Notes: a model not told the origin generated them from the sequence alone. Shown: positions 1-8,008, counted from the first letter of the stretch. The stretch is 16,063 nt of DNA from Phycisphaerales bacterium (GCA_027451365.1 DAIDJN010000060.1:1-16063); one strand, 5' to 3'. Numbers and translations are program-made.

Positions 1-107
1 GAAAGTTGAAAATAGACCGCAGGAGGCGTTGTCTTTGCGTGCGTCAGCAAGTCTTTTGCCCCAGCCGAATTTTGCTCTACTATCTACTCTCTCAAAACTC
101 CTGCTCT

Positions 108-127
108 ATTTTGGCCTCCGGCCAAAA

Positions 128-128
<1 letters not shown>
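108..128. repeat. Short perfect hairpin directly 3' of tRNA-Pro (possible terminator or processing signal)
   Basis: ATTTTGGCC-TCC-GGCCAAAAT. Confidence 0.4.
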
Positions 129-202
<74 letters not shown>

Positions 203-748
203 ATAAAGCTGCAAACAGTCTACCGGAATTATCTCACCGCTGCCAGCCTGCTGAAATCCACATGCCCAATTGAGCTTCCCCGCCTTTTTTATCCGGAAGG
301 GAAATGATTACTTAAATAGCCGAGGGTGCCGACGGAGGAACTTTTCTACAAATCATTCGCGTTCCTGCGACGACGATGATGGCTAGACGCCGCCCCCGGC
401 ATTGCAGCGGCAGCGCAGAGCCGATGGCCGCTGCCCGATCTTTTATGGTGGCGGTCATCGTGCCCCAAAATTGAGAAGGCCACGCTGTCGGTCCCTGATG
501 ATATAAGCAGGCCAAAGGGGTGCCTGAAGGGCGCAAAAATGTTGCTGAATCGCCGCTTAGCGGCTTTGCCGGTAAAAACTGGCACACCCGCCCAATAAGC
601 TGCCAAGGAAGCCGCACAGGCTCACACGCGGCGGTTGACAACAGACATCGCCATCGGCACGCAAGACAGCCGATCTGTTTCATTTCTCACCCAGGCCTCT
701 ACATTTTCGCTAGTGTGTAATAATAATGCCAATCCGCATTTTTTCTGT

Positions 749-777
749 TTGACGCGCTACCTCCGAAACCCTAAGCT
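749..777 (+). promoter_or_regulatory. Sigma70-type promoter for the small basic peptide gene
   Basis: TTGACG (749-754) - 17 nt - TAAGCT (772-777). Confidence 0.6.
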
Positions 778-832
778 ACATGGCTCGCCTGATTTCAGGC
801 GTTTGTATTTGAGAATCGACAGGAGAACTGCC

Positions 833-913
833 ATGCCCAAACCACGTCGCCGCCGCAAGATCGGTAGCAAAAAGCGTCACGCCAAATGGAAGGCTCGTCA
901 TCATCAGCAGTAA
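833..913 (+). CDS. 26-aa Arg/Lys-rich peptide MPKPRRRRKIGSKKRHAKWKARHHQQ; candidate small ribosomal or nucleic-acid-binding protein
   Basis: AGGAG Shine-Dalgarno at 821-825, ATG 833, upstream sigma70 promoter; composition resembles tiny basic ribosomal proteins. Confidence 0.65.
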   Translation: MPKPRRRRKIGSKKRHAKWKARHHQQ

Positions 914-1058
914 ACCCATTGGATAGTGGGGCATCCAACTGTCCAGCGTTCACAGAGCATTGACCCTTTTCGGGCGTCCGGAATTGGCCTCCGGATTCCC
1001 GCGCCATGTCTGTTCATATATTGATAAATATAAGTTAATATATTTATAATACACAAGT

Positions 1059-1079
1059 CCGCACCGCCGGGCGGTGTGG
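1059..1079. terminator. GC-rich hairpin between the convergent small-peptide gene and leuA
   Basis: CCGCACCGC-CGG-GCGGTGTGG; followed on the minus strand by an AT-rich tract but no clean U-run. Confidence 0.35.
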
Positions 1080-1142
1080 CGGATCGCGTTTAAGGAGAAC
1101 CGTTCCGAAAGTGGCCCTTGGCCGCATTTCCCGTTCGTCCGT

Positions 1143-2723
1143 TTATTGTTCCAGCGGCGTGGCCTGTCCGATCGTGCGCCGCGTCAGCGTTCGCACGCGG
1201 TTGATGGCCGCAAGATACGCCCTGGCGGAAGCTTCCAGAATATCTGTGCTGAACCCGCGCCCGCGGACTTTGCGGTCTGAATGCGTTAATTCCACAGTGA
1301 CTTCGCCCTGCGCCTCACGGCCTGCAGTGACACTGCGGACCTGATAAGACTCCAGGCGGGCGCTGATGCGTGTGAGCCGCTGAATGGCGGAAAAAAGTGC
1401 GTCTACCGGCCCATCGCCGGTGGCTGCATCGGTAATTTCCTGGCCTGCGGAATCAATCAGGGTGACGGTGGCGGTGGCCACGCCGCCTGTACTGGCCATT
1501 ACCTGAAGGTTCTTTATCTGAAACAACGATTCATGCGTTTCAAGTTGCTGCTCGACCAGCGTGTCCAGGTCTTCATCATAAATTTCCTTCTTTTTGTCGC
1601 AGAGCACTTTGAATTGCGCAAAGGCCTTGTCTAACTGAGCTTCATCCAGGCGGTGCCCAAGCACATCCAGCCGTTCGCGCAACGCGTGGCGGCCGCTGTG
1701 TTTGCCCAGCACAAGTTTATTCTGAACCAGTCCGACATCCTCCGGCGACATAATTTCATACGTGCTTCGTTCCTTCAGCACGCCATCCTGATGAATTCCC
1801 GATTCATGCGCGAATGCATTTTCGCCCACAATTGCCTTGTTTCGCTGGACATGCAAACCAGTAAGGGAACTTACCAGACGCGACGTGGGCACCAACCGCC
1901 GCGTGACAATGCCGGTGCTGAACGGGAATACATCGGGCCGGGTATGCATGGCCATCACAATTTCTTCAAGGGCGGCATTGCCGGCGCGTTCGCCGATGCC
2001 GTTAATGGTGCATTCAATCTGCCGGGCACCGCCCTGTATCGCGGCAAGTGAATTGGCAGCCGCAAGGCCAAGGTCATCATGGCAGTGGGAACTGAAAATC
2101 ACATTCTTACCACCGGAAACATGGGCAATTAAATATTCAAACATCGCGCGGTATTCCTCCGGCGACGCATACCCTACGGTATCCGGACAATTAATCGTGG
2201 TCGCGCCGGCGTCAATGGCGGCGGCCACAACTTCACCCAGGAATTCCAATTCCGTTCGGCTGGCGTCTTCAGGCGAAAATTCAATGTCCTTTACAAAGTT
2301 ACGGGCCAGGCGGATATTTTCCACCGCAAGCCGGATAATTTCATCCTTGGCCTTCTTAAGTTTGAATTCACGGTGAATTTTGCTGGTGGCAAGAAAAATA
2401 TGAATGCGGCCATGGGCGGCATTTTCCACCGCCTCGCCAGCGCGGCGCACATCGCGTTCCGTGCAGCGGGCAAGACCGGCCACGGTGGCCCGTTTTATCT
2501 GCGTGGCGATGGTTTTTACCGCATCAAAGTCGCCGGGGCTGGTGATGGGGAATCCCGCCTCAATAATGTCCACACCCAAGGCTTCAAGGGCATGGGCAAT
2601 TTCCAGTTTTTCGGGCAAATTCAACGACGCCCCGGGTGATTGTTCGCCATCCCGCAAAGTGGTGTCAAAAATCAGGATGCGTGTCTTTTCAGTGGCTGCG
2701 GTTTGATTGGTCTGGTGTGTCAT
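1143..2723 (-). CDS. leuA: 2-isopropylmalate synthase (526 aa from the ATG at 2723)
   Basis: IFDTTLRDGEQSPG, IEAGFP, HCHDDLG, NGIGERAGN, AFAHESGIHQDG, LGKHSG motifs and C-terminal regulatory domain (GDGPVDA). GGAGA SD precedes ATG 2723; the longer ORF start at 2846 lies inside the attenuator. Confidence 0.96.
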   Translation of the reverse strand: MTHQTNQTAATEKTRILIFDTTLRDGEQSPGASLNLPEKLEIAHALEALGVDIIEAGFPITSPGDFDAVKTIATQIKRATVAGLARCTERDVRRAGEAVENAAHGRIHIFLATSKIHREFKLKKAKDEIIRLAVENIRLARNFVKDIEFSPEDASRTELEFLGEVVAAAIDAGATTINCPDTVGYASPEEYRAMFEYLIAHVSGGKNVIFSSHCHDDLGLAAANSLAAIQGGARQIECTINGIGERAGNAALEEIVMAMHTRPDVFPFSTGIVTRRLVPTSRLVSSLTGLHVQRNKAIVGENAFAHESGIHQDGVLKERSTYEIMSPEDVGLVQNKLVLGKHSGRHALRERLDVLGHRLDEAQLDKAFAQFKVLCDKKKEIYDEDLDTLVEQQLETHESLFQIKNLQVMASTGGVATATVTLIDSAGQEITDAATGDGPVDALFSAIQRLTRISARLESYQVRSVTAGREAQGEVTVELTHSDRKVRGRGFSTDILEASARAYLAAINRVRTLTRRTIGQATPLEQ

Positions 2724-2768
2724 GATAAAAATCTCCGTTCGCCGTGAATCCAGTTTTGTGAACATAAT

Positions 2769-2804
2769 AAAAAAAACCCCGCAGGCATTGCCCGCAGGGT
2801 TTTT
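2769..2804 (-). terminator. leuA attenuator terminator (3:4 stem)
   Basis: Minus strand AAAAACCCTGCGGGC-AAT-GCCTGCGGGG-TTTTTTTT: long stem plus U-tract upstream of leuA. Confidence 0.85.
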
Positions 2805-2835
2805 ACAGTTTTTTGAAATAAGACCCCGTGAGCAA

Positions 2836-2913
2836 CTATAGTGCAAAGCCTGCCAGGCCCAGCAGTAGCAGGGTCAGGTTGGTTTGAATGGGGTTGCCGG
2901 TCACGGTATTCAT
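2836..2913 (-). CDS. leuL: Leucine attenuator leader peptide MNTVTGNPIQTNLTLLLLGLAGFAL (25 aa)
   Basis: Run of control codons CTG CTA CTG CTG plus three more Leu codons, placed just upstream of antiterminator/terminator elements and leuA. Confidence 0.85.
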   Translation of the reverse strand: MNTVTGNPIQTNLTLLLLGLAGFAL

Positions 2914-2920
2914 GGCCTCA

Positions 2921-2949
2921 TTTCTAGCGTTTTTATTCGACTATGTCAA
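2921..2949 (-). promoter_or_regulatory. Promoter of the leu leader/leuA transcript
   Basis: Minus strand TTGACA (2949-2944) - 17 nt - TAGAAA (2926-2921), 7 nt before the leader ATG. Confidence 0.55.
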
Positions 2950-2997
2950 TGGATAGGCTGAAATTTTACTGGAACCCGATAAATAAGCGGTTTTAGC

Positions 2998-3026
2998 TTG
3001 CAGTCGCACTGCGCATGGGGTAGATT
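2998..3026 (+). promoter_or_regulatory. Promoter of tRNA-Ala
   Basis: TTGCAG (2998-3003) - 17 nt - TAGATT (3021-3026). Confidence 0.55.
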
Positions 3027-3041
3027 AACCAAACCGGTGCA

Positions 3042-3112
3042 GGGGACGTCGTTCAATGGGAGGACGGCGCGTTCGCAATGCGCAGATGGGGGTTCGATTC
3101 CCCTCGTCTCCA
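3042..3112 (+). tRNA. tRNA-Ala, anticodon CGC; integration target; CCA not encoded
   Basis: GGGGACG/CGTCTCC acceptor stem with the G3:U70 alanine identity pair and A73; anticodon arm GCGCG-TTCGCAA-TGCGC; T arm GGGGG-TTCGATT-CCCCT. Confidence 0.95.
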
Positions 3113-4549
3113 ATCCACCGAGTTCCCCGGTAAATCGCGGTTTTCCCCGGTGTTTATCGTGTTTTCTGGTTGTGCCGCGTTATCGACTACGGCGCTACCA
3201 GGCGCTACCGGGTGCTTAGTTTCCGCACACAAAAGCGCCCCATTGCGCGCCATACTGGTCACGCTTTCGCGAATCGCTCCCGGTGCCTGTTCGGCATTGA
3301 CTGGCAGGTTATCCGTGCCGGTTGCCCGCAGGCTCTGGCTTTCAGGCGGCAGGCTCAAGTCTGGCAGTTTGGCCAGGGCTTGGCTTTCCTGTTCCACAAG
3401 CCGATGCCCGTAAGTGTCCATGGTCAGGGTAATCGTGCTATGCCGCATAATGGATTGAATCACTTTCGGATGCGCTCCCGATGCGGCCAGCCAGCTTCCG
3501 CATGTATGGCGTAGGCTATGAAAGTCGCCCACGCGGCCCAAGTCGTCGGCGTATGGGATATTGGCGGCGGCAAGGTCGGCTTGAATCATTTTCGCCGTGA
3601 CGCCGGTTGACGGCATATTGAATGCTTTGGCCATCGGCAGTTTGCCGGTCAGGAAAGACTTGAGTATCGCGGCGGTATCCGGGCGCAGCTCAAGGCTGGC
3701 ATATTGTCGGTTCTTGGTGAATTGCCCATCAAGTTCCACGGTCGGCGGATTGCCATCCGGCTTGAAGCAGCCGGCGGTCAAGGCGCTTATCTCGCCCGCC
3801 CGCAAGCCGGTTTCCACGGCCAGCCTGTAAATCATCGCCCGCTCTTGGCCAGGCACGCCACGCCACGGCTTGGCCGTTTCAGCGGCGGCCAGCAGTCGCC
3901 GGACTTCATCCACGGCAAACGCCCGGCGTACATGCCGCCTATCGCCTTTGGCGTTCATCCCGGCAAAGCCCAGCGCAGGCGATTGTGTGGCCCGGCCATC
4001 GCGTACCATCCAGCCGCAGAATTGCTTCACGGTTTGAACGTAAGCGTTGCGCGTGCGGATATTGACACCATCCGGCCCATCACGCATTGCGGAAAAGAAT
4101 TGCTGAAGCGCAATCGGCGTTAATTGCGCCCAGAATGTAATGCCGCAAACGTCGGTCAGCTTTTGCATACGATATTCCAGCAGGGACAACCGCTTGACGG
4201 TTACGCCTTTGGCCCGCAAGTATTCAATCCAGTCGGCGGCGTGCTTGCTCAAGGGTTCGCCGGCGGCCAGCGTATGGCCTTGCAACAAGCCCCAGCGGGC
4301 CAAGACTTTCGCGGTTTGGTGCGGCAGGGTTTCAATCCACTTCGTGGTATCCTCCGGCAGGGTTTCGCCACTTGCCCGCAGGTTAATCAGGCGTTGCACG
4401 TTGCGGCCAAGGGCCCCCGTCAGGCGTTCATTTTCAAAGCCCGGCAGCCGCATGATCCGCCCGGCCGCGGTGCGAAGTTCGCAGTAAAACTTGTCATAAG
4501 GCAGGCTTTTACCGTCAGCGGTTCGGCGTGTTGGCTTGTAAATTCGCAT
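3053..4549 (-). CDS. int: Tyrosine recombinase/integrase; integrated form 498 aa with its 3' end antisense to tRNA-Ala
   Basis: Catalytic signature TGLRAGE (R), FTKN (K), FHSLRH (HxxR), MRHS (H), MDTY (Y380); SD-like AAGGA upstream; 118 aa tail after the catalytic Tyr runs through attL. Confidence 0.95.
   Translation of the reverse strand: MRIYKPTRRTADGKSLPYDKFYCELRTAAGRIMRLPGFENERLTGALGRNVQRLINLRASGETLPEDTTKWIETLPHQTAKVLARWGLLQGHTLAAGEPLSKHAADWIEYLRAKGVTVKRLSLLEYRMQKLTDVCGITFWAQLTPIALQQFFSAMRDGPDGVNIRTRNAYVQTVKQFCGWMVRDGRATQSPALGFAGMNAKGDRRHVRRAFAVDEVRRLLAAAETAKPWRGVPGQERAMIYRLAVETGLRAGEISALTAGCFKPDGNPPTVELDGQFTKNRQYASLELRPDTAAILKSFLTGKLPMAKAFNMPSTGVTAKMIQADLAAANIPYADDLGRVGDFHSLRHTCGSWLAASGAHPKVIQSIMRHSTITLTMDTYGHRLVEQESQALAKLPDLSLPPESQSLRATGTDNLPVNAEQAPGAIRESVTSMARNGALLCAETKHPVAPGSAVVDNAAQPENTINTGENRDLPGNSVDWRRGESNPHLRIANAPSSH
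3065..3150 (+). repeat. attL direct repeat (86 bp)
   Basis: Identical to 9197-9282; starts at the anticodon stem and extends 38 bp past the tRNA 3' end. Confidence 0.95.
3232..3253 (+). repeat. 22-bp repeat, putative integrase arm-type site (copy 1)
   Basis: AAAGCGCCCCATTGCGCGCCAT, identical to 9118-9139. Confidence 0.65.
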
Positions 4550-4552
4550 GGT

Positions 4553-4963
4553 TCACTTTCCTTTGCTCAAGACTGGCCGTTGTCGCGTTGCGGTCTTTGC
4601 GGTTTGGTTGTTAAATTCTATTTCCGCCGCCTTTAGCGCTTGGTCGATTCTTTCGGCCATCGCAATAGTTGTGTTGTGCCGGGCTTTTTCAATGCGGCAA
4701 AGCGTTTCTGGCGGTATTGCGGCCCGGCGTGCCAGGTCAGCTTGTGACAAGCCCAGCCGTCGGCGGGTTCGGAGAATGTCTCGCGCCAGGCTCGCTTTGG
4801 CATATTCCAACGCCGGGTATCCGCCGCCCGGTAGTTTGCCCGGCAGTTTCGGCGTGTTAAATTCCTGCTTCGGCACGCCCGCACGCTCCAGCAGTTTCAG
4901 GTAATCCCGTTCGTCCATAATCACGCGCCGCCGCCCATCCAGTTCAATCGCCTGTACGTTCAT
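4553..4963 (-). CDS. Xre/HTH_3 protein, putative HigA-like antitoxin
   Basis: C-terminal ILRTRRRLGLSQADLARRAAIPPETLCRIEKA helix-turn-helix; 3 nt downstream of the RelE gene; GAGGA SD. Confidence 0.85.
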   Translation of the reverse strand: MNVQAIELDGRRRVIMDERDYLKLLERAGVPKQEFNTPKLPGKLPGGGYPALEYAKASLARDILRTRRRLGLSQADLARRAAIPPETLCRIEKARHNTTIAMAERIDQALKAAEIEFNNQTAKTATRQRPVLSKGK

Positions 4964-4966
4964 AAT

Positions 4967-5218
4967 TCAATCCTCGTAAAATCCGTCGCGGTGTCCAATT
5001 TTCTCGATCCAAAGAATGTTATGCCGCATGTAAAATTGCACGCGGTAATCTCCGGTGCGTATTCGGAAGCGCCCAGCCAGCGGCCCGGTCAATGGCTTGG
5101 CTCCGCTTACTTCGGGCCAGCGGCCCAGGCGGCGGATAACGCTCTGTACGCGGGCATTTATGGCCACTGGCAGCCGATCCATTGTTGCCGCCGCTTCATC
5201 CGTGAATCGAACATCCAT
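4967..5218 (-). CDS. RelE/ParE-family type II toxin (toxin-first, HigB-like arrangement)
   Basis: 83 aa with KPLTG..GRFRIRTGDYRV and IGHRDGFY, the RelE-type pattern. Confidence 0.88.
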   Translation of the reverse strand: MDVRFTDEAAATMDRLPVAINARVQSVIRRLGRWPEVSGAKPLTGPLAGRFRIRTGDYRVQFYMRHNILWIEKIGHRDGFYED

Positions 5219-5224
5219 TGCCGC

Positions 5225-5254
5225 ATTCTATCCAGCCTTGATACTCGCGTCAAG
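5225..5254 (-). promoter_or_regulatory. Promoter and palindromic operator of the toxin-antitoxin-int operon
   Basis: Minus strand TTGACG (5253-5248) - 17 nt - TAGAAT (5230-5225) - 6 nt - ATG; inverted repeat CTTGA-N8-TCAAG (5237-5254) overlaps the -35. Confidence 0.75.
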
Positions 5255-5458
5255 TCTATTACGGTTCGGCTTTGCCCAGACACGCCGGCGGCTTTGGCGT
5301 CAACGGTCACCCGTAGGCTCGCCGGTGCGTATGCTACCGATGGCGATTGATTCCCAACGCTTTGGCCATAAGTATGCCTTGTTTGGTTTTTCAACATTTA
5401 CTCGAATTTTGCGACACGACAGCGTTAAGCCTTTTTTACGTGAAAAAGTACCTTTTGC

Positions 5459-5494
5459 AAAAAAAGGAGCAAAAAAAGCGAGTAAATTTGCTCC
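5459..5494 (-). terminator. Intrinsic terminator downstream of the alpA-helicase genes
   Basis: Minus strand GGAGCAAA-N13-TTTGCTCC followed by TTTTTTT. Confidence 0.6.
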
Positions 5495-5694
5495 CATCGG
5501 TCAATCTGTGGTTGATAATTTTGGTTTTGGGTTTGCATAGGGATTTTCCTTAAAAAAGTGTGAACAATCTGGGTTATCCGGCGGCTCCGGCGGCTTGGCC
5601 TCGGTGGCTGGTTTTGGGAAGCGGAATTGTCGTTGCGGACTGCTCATTTTTACACCTAATTTTTGCACACCTTTACACGCCTTAAATTCAGTCG

Positions 5695-5730
5695 CACACA
5701 CACCCCTACAACCCCACACAGGTGTGTGTG
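5695..5730. repeat. 10-bp perfect inverted repeat just after the helicase gene; candidate origin element
   Basis: CACACACACC-N16-GGTGTGTGTG. Confidence 0.5.
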
Positions 5731-5743
5731 TGGGTTTTCGGGG

Positions 5744-7582
5744 TTAGGGCGGCGCGTCGGAATTACAGACCTCATGGAAGGTCTGCGCTGGGTCCGCGCT
5801 GAATACAATCCGCTTATTCCCGGCTGCGGTAATCCGCCACGCCTTAACAGCCTTGCTTCGCCCGGTGGAAGTCTCCCAAACCTCGACCAGCCCACTAGCT
5901 TTAAGCCCGTTCAAGATTGTGGTCATAACCGGCTTGGTCAGGCCCCGCGGCCAACCCCGCAAGCTAGACAAAATGCCGTAAACGCCTTGCGGTGCGGATG
6001 GTGCGGCAAACAAGACTTCGCCCGCCTGTATAGCCTCGTGTATCAGCCGCAAAACAGCCCCGGCTAGCGGATGCTCTCTCGGCGTGTTGAATTCGCCCAC
6101 GCGATCCCAAAGGTGGTGTAATTCGCTGAATTGCAACGTGATCGGTTCTTGCAGGCGTCCAAGATTGCATTTTTCGTGCCGCAACTCAATCTGGTCCGGG
6201 TAATCTTCGCTGCGGATAATTGCCATGCGCGAACGCATCGAATTATGCCAGGCGGTACTTCCCGAATAACTTTCCCTTGAATCTTTCAATCGGGCGGCGG
6301 AAACGTGCGTTTGCAGCAGTAAACCGGCGTCGCCGGCGGCTTTTCGCAACGCGGTGATAAACTGCCGGACGTGCGCCCGCTTATTTTCATCCGCGCCGAA
6401 TGCGTCGCTGGCGTTGTCGATCAGAATAAAGCCGGGTTGGTAACTTCTAATGCGGCATACCAGACTGTCATAGGTCGGCGTCGTGCCGGCGGCGATACCT
6501 CGGCCATCACATTCAAACAGTGTCGGATTCTCGGTGCCGTCAACCAGCAGAAAATTCTCGGCCAGTGCCGCCGGATCAATGTTCCGGGCCCTGCAAATGT
6601 TTCTCAACCGCATTCGGCACATGTGCGGCGGGTCTTCCAATGAAACGTAAATAACGCGGCATTGCGTTGTCTCAATTCCGTGAAAATCGCGCCCCACGGC
6701 CACGCAGGCCGCTAATTCTAAAGCTAAAAGCGTTTTGCCCGATCCGCCGTGACCGCCAAGGCCATTGACAACGCGTCGCGCTACCCAGCCTTGCAAAATC
6801 CAATCTTGTGGCGGATCATCGGATTCAAACAGGTCGGAAACATTAACATCAGGCAAATTTTCGGCGGGCTTATTCGCTGGCTCCGCCAGCGCCCGCAGTT
6901 CTTCGATTGTCGGTAGTTGATCAGCCACGGCTTGGCCAGCTTCAATCGCTTGCTGGACGCGGTTGGCTTTGGAATACATGGCGGCGGCCCGGCCACACTC
7001 GACCATTTGCGACAAATAAGGATCGGCCATGCCGTCGCTTGGTAGCAGTCGCCCCAGTTCGCGGGCTTTCAAGGCCGCGCCCGGGTTGCCACGCCGGGTC
7101 AGTTCGTCGGCCACGGTATCGGCGCAGGGTGCAAAGTTTTGTTCGCATTCCGATATTATTGCGGAAAAAATGTCGCGGTGTTCTGGGAATGCCCAGCGGT
7201 ATTTGGCTAGCGTGCGTTGGTTCGCGTCCAGTGCGATAACCACGCGGTTGACATTCCAGCTTGGGTTTTGTGAAAGCGGTGATAACAGGCTCGCTAAAAA
7301 CTTATTTTCGAATTCAATCCAGCGGTCAACTATTTTCGGTATCGGCGTGTCAGCAGGCCCCGGTTGCGCGGCTTGCGGCCCGGCGGCGGTGGCCTTTGGC
7401 GTCGGCTCTGGCTTCTGTGCCGCGGCTCGTGGTTCTGCGGGTGGCGATTGTGCTGGCGGCGTCGCGGCGGCTGGCGAATAACTTTCGGCCTCCGGGCAAT
7501 CTTCCAGGCACGATAACGGCGGCGGGTTTTCATCAAGCGGGCAGCCATCGGCTTGTGGTGGCTCGTTAGTTTGTAGTATCAT
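5744..7582 (-). CDS. Replication protein: DnaB N-terminal-like domain, AAA_25/RepA-like SF4 helicase and possible C-terminal winged helix (start 7582 preferred, 7687 possible)
   Basis: Walker A GHGGSGKT, VIYVSLED, Walker B FILIDN, LLLQTH, YSGSTAW..SMRS; EFENKFLASLL...FPEHRDIFSAI...ADTVADEL resembles DnaB_N; AGGA before ATG 7582, which avoids overlap with alpA. Confidence 0.82.
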   Translation of the reverse strand: MILQTNEPPQADGCPLDENPPPLSCLEDCPEAESYSPAAATPPAQSPPAEPRAAAQKPEPTPKATAAGPQAAQPGPADTPIPKIVDRWIEFENKFLASLLSPLSQNPSWNVNRVVIALDANQRTLAKYRWAFPEHRDIFSAIISECEQNFAPCADTVADELTRRGNPGAALKARELGRLLPSDGMADPYLSQMVECGRAAAMYSKANRVQQAIEAGQAVADQLPTIEELRALAEPANKPAENLPDVNVSDLFESDDPPQDWILQGWVARRVVNGLGGHGGSGKTLLALELAACVAVGRDFHGIETTQCRVIYVSLEDPPHMCRMRLRNICRARNIDPAALAENFLLVDGTENPTLFECDGRGIAAGTTPTYDSLVCRIRSYQPGFILIDNASDAFGADENKRAHVRQFITALRKAAGDAGLLLQTHVSAARLKDSRESYSGSTAWHNSMRSRMAIIRSEDYPDQIELRHEKCNLGRLQEPITLQFSELHHLWDRVGEFNTPREHPLAGAVLRLIHEAIQAGEVLFAAPSAPQGVYGILSSLRGWPRGLTKPVMTTILNGLKASGLVEVWETSTGRSKAVKAWRITAAGNKRIVFSADPAQTFHEVCNSDAPP

Positions 7583-7637
7583 CGCGTATCCTATTCTTTT
7601 TTTGGCCGGGTGCTTTTCGTCGGGTGCCCGGCCATAT

Positions 7638-7874
7638 TTATGCGCGTCTAATCTTTTGCCATTTGTCGGCGGTCGGCGCTCCGGCATTTATCCAGTTTTG
7701 CAGCTCGGCAACACTCCACAATCGCCGCCGTCCCAGCCTGAATCCCGGCGGGCATCGGCCACCAGATACTAAAATTCTCCAATGACTTTCCGACACGCCA
7801 ACCAATGCGGCGGCCCCAAAGGAATCCACTGCCAGGGCAGCGGGCGCGGCAGGTGCATTTGTATGCGTACTCAT
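7638..7874 (-). CDS. alpA: AlpA-family regulator / recombination directionality factor
   Basis: AAALVGVSESHWRILVSGGRCPPGFRLGRRRLWSVAELQNWI matches the AlpA/excisionase pattern; GGGAGG SD. Confidence 0.85.
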   Translation of the reverse strand: MSTHTNAPAAPAALAVDSFGAAALVGVSESHWRILVSGGRCPPGFRLGRRRLWSVAELQNWINAGAPTADKWQKIRRA

Positions 7875-8008
7875 GGCCGCGCCTCCCGGCCAGTGCGGGC
7901 GGCGTAGGCCCGGCGTTGTGCGGCGGCTAAGGCGGCCAGCGCCCGCCGGTAGCGCTGGTAGGCTTTGCGTTCTGCGGCGGTCATATTGTGGATTTGCGCG
8001 GTCTTCAT
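7871..8008 (-). CDS. Small Ala/Arg-rich hypothetical protein (45 aa from the ATG at 8008; start uncertain)
   Basis: ATGA stop/start overlap with alpA at 7871-7874 suggests translational coupling. Confidence 0.45.
   Translation of the reverse strand: MKTAQIHNMTAAERKAYQRYRRALAALAAAQRRAYAARTGREARP

Noticed and set aside
312..720. Several overlapping ORFs and weak sigma54-like GGCAC strings
   Set aside because: No recognisable protein motifs or SD, and no proper -12 TTGC element.
1653..2706. Long plus-strand ORFs opposite leuA, and similar ones opposite int, the helicase, hemC and the dehydrogenase
   Set aside because: Antisense shadows expected in GC-rich coding DNA.
2724..2846. N-terminal extension of leuA in the ORF track
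   Set aside because: Runs through the attenuator terminator; the ATG at 2723 has a good SD and matches the family start.
5425..5538. 37-aa minus-strand hydrophobic ORF (MQTQNQ...YSLFLLLFLQKVLFHVKKA) as a type I toxin
   Set aside because: Its hydrophobic codons are just the T-runs of the predicted terminator at 5459-5494, and no antisense partner is evident.
5501..5719. 72-aa (or 48-aa from 5647) minus-strand ORF
   Set aside because: Pro-rich with no homology cue and overlaps the repeat-rich putative origin; cannot be supported, though not excluded.
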